DNA of 40,441 nucleotides from Octopus bimaculoides (GCF_001194135.2 NC_069001.1:5638414-5678854); one strand, 5' to 3'; numbered from the stretch's first letter, positions 22,309-33,987 are shown. Notes: generated from the letters alone by a model not told the origin. Translations and numbers: made by a program.

Positions 22309-23091
22309 TCATCATCATCATTACAACCATCATCATCATTACAACCATCATCATCATTACAACCATCATCATCATTACAACCATCGTCGTCATCATCCGC
22401 TTCCTCATCATCATCATCATCATTATTATCGTTATTGTCACTGCCACCATCCTCAGTGCTAGCAATGTTGTCATCTTCGTCGTCATCACTACCATTATCG
22501 CCATCTTTGTCATCATCATTGTCCTCATTATCGTTGCTGACATCATCATCACCATCATCATTGTGATCATCATTATTGACACTGCCGTCATCCTCCATCC
22601 TAGTGACGTTATCATCATCATCATCCTCATCATTATTTAATGCATGTTTTCCATGCTGGCATGGTTTGGACAGTTTGANNNNNNNNNNNNNNNNNNNNNN
22701 NNNNNNNNNNNNNNNNNNNNNTCATCATCATCATTACAACCATCATCATCATTACAACCATCATCATCATTACAACCATCATCATCATTACAACCATCGT
22801 CGTCATCATCCGCTTCCTCATCATCATCATCATCATTATTATCGTTATTGTCACTGCCACCATCCTCAGTGCTAGCAATGTTGTCATCTTCGTCGTCATC
22901 ACTACCATTATCGCCATCTTTGTCATCATCATTGTCCTCATTATCGTTGCTGACATCATCATCACCATCATCATTGTGATCATCATTATTGACACTGCCG
23001 TCATCCTCCATCCTAGTGACGTTATCATCATCATCATCCTCATCATTATTTAATGCATGTTTTCCATGCTGGCATGGTTTGGACAGTTTGA
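22309..23091. repeat. 370-bp exact direct duplication across an N gap (probable assembly overlap); content is degenerate (CAT)n plus the minus-strand tail of a SINE B
   Basis: 22309-22678 equals 22722-23091 (offset 413); the SINE B end atgcatgttttccatgctggcatggtttggacagtttga is present in both. Confidence 0.85.
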
Positions 23092-23119
23092 CAGGGTCTG
23101 GTGAACCACAGGGCTGCCC

Positions 23120-23263
23120 CTTGTCCATTCAGCTGGCAAAAATGAGTCGTACCTTTATTTCAAAGGAGCCAGCCTTGTCACATTCTGTGTCATGCTGAAT
23201 CTCCCTAAAAGCTACATTAAGGGTACGTGTTATCTGTGGAGTACTCAGCCATTTGCATGTTAA
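23120..23263 (+). mobile_element. SINE family D central fragment, interrupted at TTAA
   Basis: gtccattcagctggcaaaaatgagt...gtggagtactcagccatttgcatgTTAA; other copies continue with tttca, which reappears at 23397 after the insertion. Confidence 0.8.
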
Positions 23264-23392
23264 CCTTTAGCACACTTAAGCACATCATGGCACTGTACAA
23301 GTTTTCTCCCCTGTAACTGCAGGCATATTGTGTTGCATTGAGAGGGGAGAAAACTCATACAGTAACATGATGCAACTACAGCATGCTAAAGG
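23264..23392. mobile_element. Small fold-back MITE with TTAA/TCAA target-site duplication
   Basis: Arms cctttagca...gttttctcccct (23264-23312) and aggggagaaaac...tgctaaagg (23343-23392) are reverse complements with a ~30-nt spacer. Confidence 0.85.
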
Positions 23393-23699
23393 TCAATTTC
23401 ATGCTAAAGGTCAATCACAAGTATCTCTGCATTTCACACGAGACTAGAGAGCTGCATCTGGAAAATTCTTTGCTAAGCCTATATTGCAGTCTTAATCAAG
23501 TCCATATCTTATGGAAGACTAGCCGTTACTTATGCAGGTAAGTCTCTTGTCTCCATATCACCTGTGCTATCCAAGAGAAAGGCATGCTTATTACACCTCA
23601 GTACCTTTGTCATTGCACTCATAGCTTTAAAAACACAAATAGCCAGGAGACACAGCAAAAGGCATATACTGATGGATCCATGAACAATTCTATCAATCT

Positions 23700-23790
23700 A
23701 GGATAGTCATTTTATTGGCTTTGAAGGGATGAAACGTACGGCAGGCCTCGGTGGGGTTTGAACTCAGAATGCAGAGAACTGCAATGAAGG
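23700..23790 (-). mobile_element. Degraded SINE family E fragment
   Basis: Minus strand gcattctgagttcaaaccccaccgaggcctgccgtacgtttcatcccttc resembles ttctgagttcaaattctgccgaggtt..gcctttcatcctttc at 36126. Confidence 0.55.
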
Positions 23791-23865
23791 TCACATGGCA
23801 ATTTACCTCTTATTCTCTCTCTCTCTCTACATGTACACACATACACACCCACACACTCACACATA

Positions 23866-24443
23866 TACACACATTAAATACACATATATATATATGTGTG
23901 TGCGTATATATATACATACATACATATGTGTGTGTATATATATATATGTGTGTGTATATACATACATATGTGTGTATATATTTATATACAGACATACACA
24001 TACACACATATAAATATATATACACACACACACACATAGATGTATATAAATGCATACACACATACATACATACATATATGCTTACATAGAGACACATATA
24101 TCTACATACATATATATATACACACATATGTACATTTACCTACATATATNNNNNNNNNNTACACACATTAAATACACATATATATATATGTGTGTGCGTA
24201 TATATATACATACATACATATGTGTGTGTATATATATATATGTGTGTGTATATACATACATATGTGTGTATATATTTATATACAGACATACACATACACA
24301 CATATAAATATATATACACACACACACACATAGATGTATATAAATGCATACACACATACATACATACATATATGCTTACATAGAGACACATATATCTACA
24401 TACATATATATATACACACATATGTACATTTACCTACATATAT
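23866..24443. repeat. ~284-bp direct duplication across a 10-N gap within (CA/TA)n (probable assembly overlap)
   Basis: 23866-24149 is repeated at 24160-24443 (offset 294). Confidence 0.8.
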
Positions 24444-25431
24444 ACATACATACAGACACACACACACACATATTAGACACACACACACAAAAAGGATTCT
24501 CTCACAAGCACACACATAAAGAGATACGCACACAATCGACATCTCCTCCCCTTCTCTCATCCGCCTCCTCCCTAACATCCCCAACTTTCGCTAACCTCCC
24601 GCACCGCCACCGCCACCGCATTCCAGAGCTCTCCGTTGGACATTCTACAGTGAAGTCAGCTGAAACCAATCACATAAGAGAAAGTCTTTCATTGATTCCT
24701 GCGGCTTTGAGCAGTTTACCAATGGAAGATATGCAGAGATCACCTGCTGGGTGGGTCGGCCCACAATTAACCTACCACAAATGCTATTAATGCTATCGGG
24801 CCGAGGCACCCTCCATCTCCTCGCTTCCACTACCACCACAACAAGCAGCGCCACCGTCATCATCACCATCATAACCANNNNNNNNNNACCACCAATACCA
24901 CTGCCACCACCACCAGCATCACATCAACTGCTATTAACACCACAAACGCCACCACCACCTCCACATCCAACACCACCAACACCATCACAGCTGCCGACAC
25001 CACAGCCATCATCATAATCATCATCATCATCTCCGTAATCACTATCCTAACCAGTGCCATTCCAACCCTTGCTACTTCTTCCTCACCAACGCAATCACCA
25101 CCACCACCACCACAATCATCATCTTAACTATCAACACCACCACCTTCACCACCACCATCATCATTGCCATGACCACATCATCATCACCACGACAATCATC
25201 ATCACAGCCATTGCCACATTTGTAACCACCACCACCACCACCACCACCGCTGCCCCCATTACTGCATTAGCATCACAACATCATCTCCACAGTCCATGCA
25301 GTACATTCAGAGATCTAAGGTGTGAATCATTGACTTAGAAGAAAAGGTTGAGTGGTCACCATGGCTGAATGGTCAAGCTAACACCACACCCCTTTCTCAT
25401 TCACCCTCTCCCTTGCTCAATACATACACAG

Positions 25432-25467
<36 letters not shown>

Positions 25468-25753
25468 GTATGCAACACTCTCTCTCCCTCTCTGTGTGTG
25501 TATACACACACACACATACATGCACACCCACCCACATATACTTATATACAGTCACATGTAAATATGCATTACTCTGTACATGTCTGCATGCAAACACATA
25601 TATTTATATACACACTCATATACGCATGTGTGATGTGTGTGTGTATGCATACATACAAACATTTTCACATCACACAGTGCATGCATGTACATGTGTGTGT
25701 GAGTGTGTACACATAAAAATGTATGTACAGGTATATACATCTCTCTCACTCTA

Positions 25754-25820
<67 letters not shown>

Positions 25821-26926
25821 NNNNNNNNNNNNNNNNNNNNNNNNNNNNNNNNNNNNNNNNNNNNNNNNNNNNNNNNNNNNNNNNNNNNNNNNNNNNNNNN
25901 NNNNNNNNNNNNNNNNNNNNNNNNNNNNNNNNNNNNNNNNNNNNNNNNNNNNNNNNNNNNNNNNNNNNNNNNNNNNNNNNNNNNNNNNNNNNNNNNNNNN
26001 NNNNNNNNNNNNNNNNNNNNNNNNNNNNNNNNNNNNNNNNNNNNNNNNNNNNNNNNNNNNNNNNNNNNNNNNNNNNNNNNNNNNNNNNNNNNNNNNNNNN
26101 NNNNNNNNNNNNNNNNNNNNNNNNNNNNNNNNNNNNNNNNNNNNNNNNNNNNNNNNNNNNNNNNNNNNNNNNNNNNNNNNNNNNNNNNNNNNNNNNNNNN
26201 NNNNNNNNNNNNNNNNNNNNNNNNNNNNNNNNNNNNNNNNNNNNNNNNNNNNNNNNNNNNNNNNNNNNNNNNNNNNNNNNNNNNNNNNNNNNNNNNNNNN
26301 NNNNNNNNNNNNNNNNNNNNNNNNNNNNNNNNNNNNNNNNNNNNNNNNNNNNNNNNNNNNNNNNNNNNNNNNNNNNNNNNNNNNNNNNNNNNNNNNNNNN
26401 NNNNNNNNNNNNNNNNNNNNNNNNNNNNNNNNNNNNNNNNNNNNNNNNNNNNNNNNNNNNNNNNNNNNNNNNNNNNNNNNNNNNNNNNNNNNNNNNNNNN
26501 NNNNNNNNNNNNNNNNNNNNNNNNNNNNNNNNNNNNNNNNNNNNNNNNNNNNNNNNNNNNNNNNNNNNNNNNNNNNNNNNNNNNNNNNNNNNNNNNNNNN
26601 NNNNNNNNNNNNNNNNNNNNNNNNNNNNNNNNNNNNNNNNNNNNNNNNNNNNNNNNNNNNNNNNNNNNNNNNNNNNNNNNNNNNNNNNNNNNNNNNNNNN
26701 NNNNNNNNNNNNNNNNNNNNNNNNNNNNNNNNNNNNNNNNNNNNNNNNNNNNNNNNNNNNNNNNNNNNNNNNNNNNNNNNNNNNNNNNNNNNNNNNNNNN
26801 NNNNNTCCGATCTATATATTTATTATAATGTTAGGGAATGTAAAAATCTTTTTAACATCCATGAATGTATAGGTAGGACAGTTGATAGGAGCCAGCCAGG
26901 TAGAAAATCTACCCCAGGGATTTTAG

Positions 26927-26990
26927 GGTTGGATGTCTTTCCCTAACACCAATCACTCCACAGAGTGGACTCAGTGCTTTTTACGTGGCA
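26927..26990 (-). mobile_element. SINE family B fragment
   Basis: gttggatgtctttccctaacaccaatcactcc..agtgctttttacgtggca is the reverse complement of the family B core. Confidence 0.65.
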
Positions 26991-27003
26991 TTAGCGAACC
27001 CTA

Positions 27004-27867
27004 ATGGAGAAAATTCCCTATCATAACTGATGAGGAACTAGCAAAGACACTTGGAATTGGTCATTCAACCATTCATTGACAATTGTGTGCCATCAAAAAA
27101 GTCAGCAAATTGGGTCAATGGGTTCCTTACTAACTTTCCAAATCTAATCACATGCAGAGAGTGAATGTGTGCTCTTCTTTTCTGTCACATCTCACAAATG
27201 AACCCTTTTTGGACCGAATTGTGACTGGTGATGAGAAATGGGTTCTCTATAAAAATATCATGCGCCGAAGGCAGTGGGTAGGGAAAGGAGAAACACTGGC
27301 ACCCCAGGCTAAAGTAGGTCTTCATCCACATAAGGTGTTGTTATCTGTTTGCTGGGATATGAAAGGTTTGAACTTGTAAACCCAAACCAAACGATAGCAA
27401 AGGAGATCTACTGCAAGCAGCTTGAGCGGCTTAAGTCAGCGCTAGAAGAACGACTATCTTTGGTTACGAGACGAAAGGTGTTCTTCCATCAGGATAATGC
27501 TCAGCTATATACATCGAAGATGACATTCCAAAGGCTGGAGCAGATTGAATGGAAAACAATACCCCACCCACCATATTTGCCAGACATTGCTCTATCTGAT
27601 TATCATTTATTCCATAGTCTTCAAAACCCTTTCAATAGATAAATATGAATTCTGTAGACGAAGTCAGAACAGTATTGGGGGAATATTTTTCATCATGGAC
27701 AAGTGAATTTTGGAAGAGGGGCCATACAAGTTTACCAGACAGATGGCAGAGCACTGTAGAAAATGAAGGAGAGTATATTTAATATTAACAAAGAACTTTG
27801 TTTATCATAATTTTGAAAAATAGAAGAAGTATAAAAAAAACCCACATTATTTATGGGATGACCCAGA

Positions 27868-27868
<1 letters not shown>
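27004..27868 (+). pseudogene. Mariner DD34D transposase relic with right TIR (5' end missing)
   Basis: EELAKTLGIGHSTI (HTH), KLGQWVPY*L (WVPHEL motif), FLDRIVTGDEKWVLY (D1), FFHQDNA (D2), 34 residues, then PHPPYLPDIALSDYHLF (D3), and C-terminal SLPDRWQSTVENEGEY; TIR-like aaaaaaacccacattatttatgggatgaccc is followed by TA. Contains stops and frameshifts. Confidence 0.95.
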
Positions 27869-27907
<39 letters not shown>

Positions 27908-28133
27908 ATATATATATATATAAATGTATCATCATTGTTAAATGTCCATTTTCTTTGCTGGCATAAATATATATATATAATACACATGTGTAATATCTCT
28001 ATATATAATACATGTATATAAGTGTGAGTGTGTGTTTATTTTTTCCTGCATAGATATATATAGAAAAAGTCAGGCAATAGATCGAAGGATCATTCAATAA
28101 TTTTATGTGGAGAATCAAATATATTTTTAGATA

Positions 28134-28494
28134 TTTTCCTATTATCGACAGCCAATTCCTTTTATTTACTAAAGGCAGGTCAATAAACTATTACACTTGC
28201 GAGATGAATTCAATTGTTGATCGGTGGACTTTCAGAATAGCTATCACTATTTCATGGAAGAAAGTACTGGTATTTATCAGAATTTACCAGAAACAGGGCC
28301 AAAGAATCGGAAAGCAAAAGATATAATATTAAATGGTTTTGGCAAAAAATTCTTGCCCCTTTCCTTCACCATGGCGTTTTGATAGCCATTCTGAAAGTTC
28401 ACTGATCAATTATTACACCTGTTTTACGAATGTGATAAGAAAAACAAATAAAAACAAGAAATTGGCTATTGATAATAGGATAGGAAAATGAAAA
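28134..28494. mobile_element. Imperfect fold-back element (MITE-like)
   Basis: 28217-28246 versus the reverse complement of 28380-28409 is 27/30 identical; outer arms ttttcctattatcgacagccaatt and aattggctattgataatagga also pair. Confidence 0.75.
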
Positions 28495-28524
28495 GTTGGC
28501 AGTGACTTCAAAGTGTCAGTTTAG

Positions 28525-28856
28525 CTGAAGGTGTGTGGTTAAGTGGTTAAGGCATTCGGTTTATGATTGTAAGGTTGTGAGTTCAATTCCCAGAGGCGCA
28601 TTGAGTCCTTCAGCAAAACACTTTATTTCGCGTTGCTCCAGTCCACTTGACCGGTAAAAGTGAATAGTACCAGTAATACAAAGGGGCCGTCCTTGTCGCA
28701 TTCTGTGTCATGTTGAACCTCATTGAGAATGACGTCAGGGGTATGATGCGTGTCTGTGGAGTACTCAGCCACTTGCACATTAATTTCATGAGCAGGCTGT
28801 TCCGTTGATCAGATCAAACTGGAACACTCATCTTCATAACTGACAGAGTGCCAGTT
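28525..28856 (+). mobile_element. SINE family D, near full length
   Basis: gtggttaagtggttaagg, gtgagttcaattcc, gagtccttcagcaaaacactt, ccagtccac ... ending gacagagtgccagt. Confidence 0.9.
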
Positions 28857-28905
28857 GTCTTTGTTTTTGTTTTTGGTGGTATTGTGAATGTCTTCCTTGC
28901 AAAAT

Positions 28906-28949
<44 letters not shown>

Positions 28950-29067
28950 CAAATTTTAACTGGCAGTGTATATATATACATGTATATATATCTCTTTATA
29001 TATATATTATACAAACACACACACACACACATACATACACACAAACAGTTAATAAGTGGCCCTCAAA

Positions 29068-29250
29068 ATGCTTATCTAACCTGCTTGAAATAGCAGCCGT
29101 GCCTTCCCTCCAATCACATCCTGCTGCCTTAAAAAAACTGAAAGATCATATTAAGTCCTTTCAGGACATATAGAAGATCTCACAACTTGATAATAGATCT
29201 GCTGGTTCAGGGCTGACCTGGGGTTAAACAACGTGGACAACAACAACAAC
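29068..29250 (+). mobile_element. SINE-like family F with (CAA)n tail
   Basis: ctgcttgaaatagcagcc...ccaatcacatcc...cagggctgacctggggttaaacaac(caa)n; the reverse complement occurs at 38478. Confidence 0.7.
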
Positions 29251-29329
29251 AGCAACAATCATACAAAGTTTTGTCTGGCATTATGGTGGTCGTCTGTTCT
29301 TGGTTGTTTAATTGGTGGATCATTAATTA

Positions 29330-30020
29330 TGTAAATGACAACAGCAATGACAGTGATGATATTGATGACGATGTTCATGATGATGATGATAACGACGACG
29401 AGAATTATGCTGATGATGACATTAATGACGTGAAGGAGAAAGAAGAGGAGACAGATTGGGGTAGGAGGTGTTGATATTTATATAGGCAGATGATGACGAT
29501 ATTGTTGATGATCATGATGGTGATGGTGATGACGATGAAGATGACGATGATGATGATGCTGGTAATATTGCTACTGATGATGATGGTGATGATGATGATG
29601 ATAATAATGGTGACAATGATACCAATGGTATTGATGATGTTAGAGATGATGAAGGTGCTGACGATGATGACGATGACAATAATAATGAAGATGAAGACAA
29701 TAGTGATGATGATGATGATGATGACAGCCATACCGATGATACTGGTGATGTCAGGAATAGTGAAAGAGACGGCAATGACAATAGTGATGATGATGATGAT
29801 GATAATAAAAGTGGTGGTGATGATGTGGTTGTCAATGACAATGATGATGATGCTGACAAAAATGAGGACTGATAATGTTAATGACGACAATGATGATGAC
29901 GATTTTGACAATAATGATGATGATGTCAATGACGATGACGATAACAAAAATAATGCTGATGATGATGATGTTGATGACGACGATGATGATGATGATGACG
30001 ACGACGACAGTGATGACAAA
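29330..30020. repeat. Degenerate (GAT/GAC/AAT)n cryptic triplet repeat
   Basis: About 690 bp of in-register gat-type triplets giving Asp-rich, Met-rich and Ser/Ile-rich pseudo-ORFs. Confidence 0.9.
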
Positions 30021-30492
30021 TGCCAGGAAACTCCCAGTTGTCCAAAACAGGAAACTTTTATTGAAACAAATCAATTGAATTAAAGTAGATCCATCATCTG
30101 NNNNNNNNNNNNNNNNNNNNNNNNNNNNNNNNNNNNNNNNNNNNNNNNNNNNNNNNNNNNNNNNNNNNNNNNNNNNNNNNNNNNNNNNNNNNNNNNGGTG
30201 GAGGTGTGGGTTGGGGGTGGGGGGATGGCCTGATATTTATTCACTTTAATTGATTAAATCACAGCTCTTCAATAATACACTTAAACACACACACACACAC
30301 ACATGGGTGTGTGTGTGTGCGTGTGTGCGTGTGTGCATTTGTTTAAATATCTTTTTTCTCTCTCTCATTATGTGTCTGTGTGTGTGCATGTGTGTTACCA
30401 TGTGTCAATGTGCATGTGTGTGGGTGTGGGTGCTTGTTTAAATGTCTTTCTCTCACTCATTATATGTGCGTGTGTGTGTGTGTGTGTAAATA

Positions 30493-30523
<31 letters not shown>

Positions 30524-30783
30524 AAATATGTGTGTGTGTGCAAAATATGGAGAGAAAGAAATATGCATTCCTGCACAATAGACATACCTATACGTACTTA
30601 CACACTCGCATACAGAAATACACATGTTGGCATGGAAACACACATATATCTACATACATACATACATACATACATACATACATACACATTTGAACAAACT
30701 GAAAAAATGCATATCCACATGCATATCCACATACACACATACCTACACACACATTGACATATATACACGTATACATATATATG

Positions 30784-30820
<37 letters not shown>

Positions 30821-30889
30821 ACACTGGCATACAACATGTCATAGTAATACTCCGGCTGCCAGTTTGTAAGTCTGTCTTTTAATTGAAAT

Positions 30890-31333
30890 TCAATTATGTT
30901 GTTGCTGTTGTTACTGTTGTTGTTGTTACTGTTTTAATCTTCAGCACTTTATTTCTTTTCCAAATATCATCTGCATCACAATCATCATCATCATCACAAT
31001 CATCATTACACGATCCTCGTCCTCCTCCTCCGCCTCCTTATCATCATCATCGTCATCATGTGTCATCACCATCGTCCTCGTCATCATAAGATTGCTATCA
31101 TCATAAATACCACCACAAACACCACCATCATCATTGCTATCACATTCTTTATAGTTACCATCATCATCATCGTTATCAGCAGCAACAGCAGCATCGTTAT
31201 CTTCACCACCACCACAACAACAACAACAACCATCTTTCCATCATCATCATCATCATCATCACCACCATAACTATTATTAATAGTACAAACAGTTGGAATA
31301 CTTTTTATTATTTTCCATTTTATTCTTATGATT

Positions 31334-31369
<36 letters not shown>

Positions 31370-31375
31370 GTAATT
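30890..31375. repeat. Compound (GTT)n/(CAT)n/(CAC)n/(AAT)n low-complexity tract
   Basis: Successive degenerate triplet runs. Confidence 0.85.
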
Positions 31376-31387
31376 AATTAATTCTGG

Positions 31388-31761
31388 TTTTATTGGCCAC
31401 AAGGGCTGATATAAATCAAAAACATGAAAGGACCAACACAGGACGATGAAAACAAAGGGTTTTGCAAAAAAGAAAGGTTAAAATAACAGCGAAAAAAATA
31501 TAACAAGTAAAACTCCCAACAGTGGAGGGGAGGGTGGCCCTTTGAAAGCTTACTCATGGAAAAACCCATAAAAGCCAGAGGAGCCTGGTCAAACGGCGAG
31601 AGAGCCCCTTGTCCATTTATATTACCTTTTTTGTTTTTTTACAGGTGTAACCTCAGAATGGGTCCATTCATACTGGCCATTTTACAGACATTCACCCACC
31701 TTTCAATAAATTTGCTACGAGACAACACCTCCCTCCCTACTCTCACCTTCCTTTTCAAGTG
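31388..31761 (-). mobile_element. 5'-truncated 3' end of a Tx1/L1-like LINE
   Basis: Minus strand encodes HLKRKVRVGREVLSRSKFIERWVNVCKMASMNGPILRLHL* (resembles Tx1-type ORF2 C-termini as I recall them), then a ~250-nt 3' UTR ending gcccttgtggccAATAAAa. Confidence 0.6.
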
Positions 31762-31796
31762 ATGATGATGATGATGATCATCATCATCATCATCAT

Positions 31797-31850
31797 TTAT
31801 TTTATATGCCACAGGGGCATTAGATGAGGGTGTTGCAAGGGCAATTAACA
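31797..31850 (-). mobile_element. Very short 3' end of the same LINE-like family
   Basis: Minus strand gcccctgtggcatataaaaataa followed by (ATG)n. Confidence 0.5.
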
Positions 31851-31889
31851 ACAAAACTACAATAATAATAATTATTATTAATTTTACTA

Positions 31890-31922
<33 letters not shown>

Positions 31923-31923
<1 letters not shown>

Positions 31924-32070
31924 GGTGGTGAGCTGGCAGAAACGTTAGCATGCCGGGTAAAATGCATAGTGGCATTCCATCTGTCCTTAGATACCAGTTA
32001 TGCACTGGGGTCGACATAATCAACTTAACCCCCTCCTTGAAAATTTCTGGCTTTGTACCCATTATTTGAG
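31923..32070 (+). mobile_element. SINE family E with internal deletion
   Basis: ggtggtgagctggcagaaacgttagcatgccgggtaaaatgc...taccagttatgcactggggtcgacataatcaacttaacccc...aaatttctggctttgtaccc..tttgaga, with (ATT)n flanks. Confidence 0.8.
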
Positions 32071-32182
32071 AGAATTATTATTATCATTACCATTATTATT
32101 ATTATTATTATCATTATTATTGCTATTGTTGTTGTTGTTGTTGCTATGATAATCATCATCATCATCATCCTCATCATCACTA

Positions 32183-32265
32183 TGCCAAACCCCATTCTTG
32201 TGTCCTATATTTCATGCTTTATATTGTCTTCAATATCTTGGACCCCTGTGACCAATAAAAGAAAT
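32183..32265 (+). mobile_element. 3' end of the same LINE-like family
   Basis: ttgtgtcctatatttcatgctttatattgtc...gacccctgtgaccAATAAAagaaat followed by (CAT)n/(ATT)n. Confidence 0.55.
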
Positions 32266-32301
32266 CATCACCATCACCATCGTCATCATCATTATTGTTA
32301 C

Positions 32302-32349
<48 letters not shown>

Positions 32350-32499
32350 CATTATTATTATTGCTATTATTACTATTGTTGCTAAAATATTGTTCATTGT
32401 TAGTATTAATTATTACATGATTTATTATTTGTGACTTTGTTTCCAATTTTATATATTTCCATTTTCAGCTTGTCATGAAATGAGAAATATGGTATTGAA

Positions 32500-32506
32500 A
32501 TTAAAA

Positions 32507-32556
<50 letters not shown>

Positions 32557-32707
32557 AACAGATTTGTGTCTTTCGTTCTATGTGTATGCATGTAAGTGTG
32601 TGCATGTTCATATGTGCGGTGGTGTAAACATTTGTGTGCATATGTGTGACAATATATGGATTTCTGTCACGACTATACATGTGTTTATATGTGTGTGTAT
32701 GTACATA

Positions 32708-32749
<42 letters not shown>

Positions 32750-32912
32750 AATATATTGATACATCTGTATGGGCGCTAACATAGACACATACATACATAT
32801 ATATATNNNNNNNNNNNNNNNNNNNNNNNNNNNNNNNNNNNNNNNNNNNNNNNNNNNNNNNNNNNNNNNNNNNNNNNNNNNNNNNNNNNNNNNNNNNNNN
32901 NNNNNNNNNNNN

Positions 32913-32947
<35 letters not shown>

Positions 32948-33409
32948 GTATATATATATGTATATATATATGTATGTATATACAAATACACGAGCATGCA
33001 TACAGATGCACACACATACACACACACACACACACACTGATGGAAACACACTCATACTGTGTTACACATCCACACTGTGTTACATACTCAAACACACACA
33101 TGCATTTATACTCACATACATATACACTTACACAAATACACAGACTTAGAGACACATAGACATCGCATACACATACTTATACACTCCTACATGCTCACAC
33201 ACACACACACACACACACAAATAATTTGATCTTATTTGATTGCACCTTTTTATTTAATTACATTCAGTTTCCTTAAAGTTATTTAATCAAATTTATTTGA
33301 TTAATGTTGTTTCATATTCATTTTCATTTGTTTTGTCATTCATCTCATTTATTTACATATTTACTTACTTACACACACATACATACACACACACGTGTGT
33401 GTGTGTGTG

Positions 33410-33457
<48 letters not shown>

Positions 33458-33594
33458 CAAATACATATACACACACATATACATACATATACACATACAT
33501 ATACATACACACAGATATGTGCACATGCATATATATATATATGTCATTTTGTGTGTGTATCTAAATATGTGTATGTCCACACACACACACATAC

Positions 33595-33669
<75 letters not shown>

Positions 33670-33845
33670 CATACATACCTATATTTATGCATATATGCAT
33701 GTATGTGTATGCATATATACATATATATATATATATACATATATATATATGTATATGTGTATATATGCATATACATACATATATATATATGTGCATATAT
33801 ATATGTGTGTGTATGTATATATGCACATATATATATATGTGCTTG

Positions 33846-33915
<70 letters not shown>

Positions 33916-33953
33916 TATACATACATTCATATATGTACGTGTGTGTATGCACA

Positions 33954-33987
<34 letters not shown>

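Noticed and set aside
22309-23091. Apparent 370-bp tandem duplication (likewise 5400-5603 and 23866-24443)
   Set aside because: Identical copies sit directly on each side of short N gaps, the signature of unmerged contig overlaps rather than biology.
30197-30228. G-rich run as a G-quadruplex
   Set aside because: Only three separable G3+ tracts are visible and the sequence abuts an N gap.
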